64,000 nucleotides of DNA, from NCBI GenBank assembly GCA_963764725.1, contig CAVXTM010000002.1, positions 32,001 to 96,000 of the forward strand, written 5' to 3'. The first letter of the stretch is position 1, and each line of letters begins with the position of its first letter. This document shows, in pieces, positions 63,871 through 64,000 of this stretch. Source of the stretch: an uncultured Gammaproteobacteria bacterium. Its GTDB lineage: Bacteria; Pseudomonadota; Gammaproteobacteria; JACCXJ01. Both the position numbers and the translations under genes were made by a program. The notes beneath the pieces were generated by a model that was not told where the DNA came from, searched no databases, and saw nothing but the letters and a program-made list of their open reading frames with translations.

Positions 63871-64000
63871 TTGAGAATCGCACGAATAAACATCGAAAAC
63901 TTTCGAGGCATTTCCAACGGGGAGCTGCTTTTCAACGGCCACACCGTGCTTGTTGGGGACAACAACACTGGTAAATCCACCGTGTTGGAAGGGATTGACC
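63871..64000 (+). CDS. OLD-family / ABC-ATPase nuclease N-terminus (partial, runs off the window)
   Basis: RI.IENFRGI......F...TVLVGDNNTGKSTVLE.ID (Walker A). Confidence 0.8.
   Translation, partial: MRIARINIENFRGISNGELLFNGHTVLVGDNNTGKSTVLEGID

Overview
A 64-kb chromosomal segment, most likely from a high-GC gammaproteobacterium (parAB-atpIBEFHAGDC...glmU and metG-apbC-dcd synteny). It carries a serine-cycle C1-assimilation cluster (sgaA, mcl, mtkAB, a GyaR/GhrB-type hydroxypyruvate reductase, ppc), so it is probably a methylotroph or methanotroph (inference). Accessory DNA is interleaved with the core genes: six toxin-antitoxin-like pairs, gene remnants (BREX pglZ, an internally deleted STAND/NACHT ATPase, RAYT, PepSY-TM, GGDEF), two families of dispersed palindromic repeats, a lone attC-type cassette, and a frameshifted type I R-M locus followed by the start of an OLD-type ATPase. 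The best candidates for undescribed systems are (1) a coupled pair of a multi-TM protein with a degenerate PD-(D/E)XK-like tail and an unknown-domain/TIR protein at 8.6-10.8 kb, and (2) a seven-gene coiled-coil / OmpA / Ras-like GTPase / PP2C / anti-sigma-like / STAS / PAS-adenylate cyclase operon. The second lies beside two cNMP-binding effectors: a patatin and a NarK-like transporter that appears to lack its second nitrate-binding Arg. A SAM-II riboswitch with a visible terminator/antiterminator precedes metZ. Several single-base frameshifts, especially at 61-63 kb, may be sequencing errors. All calls come from reading the sequence and recognising motifs; no database searches were run.
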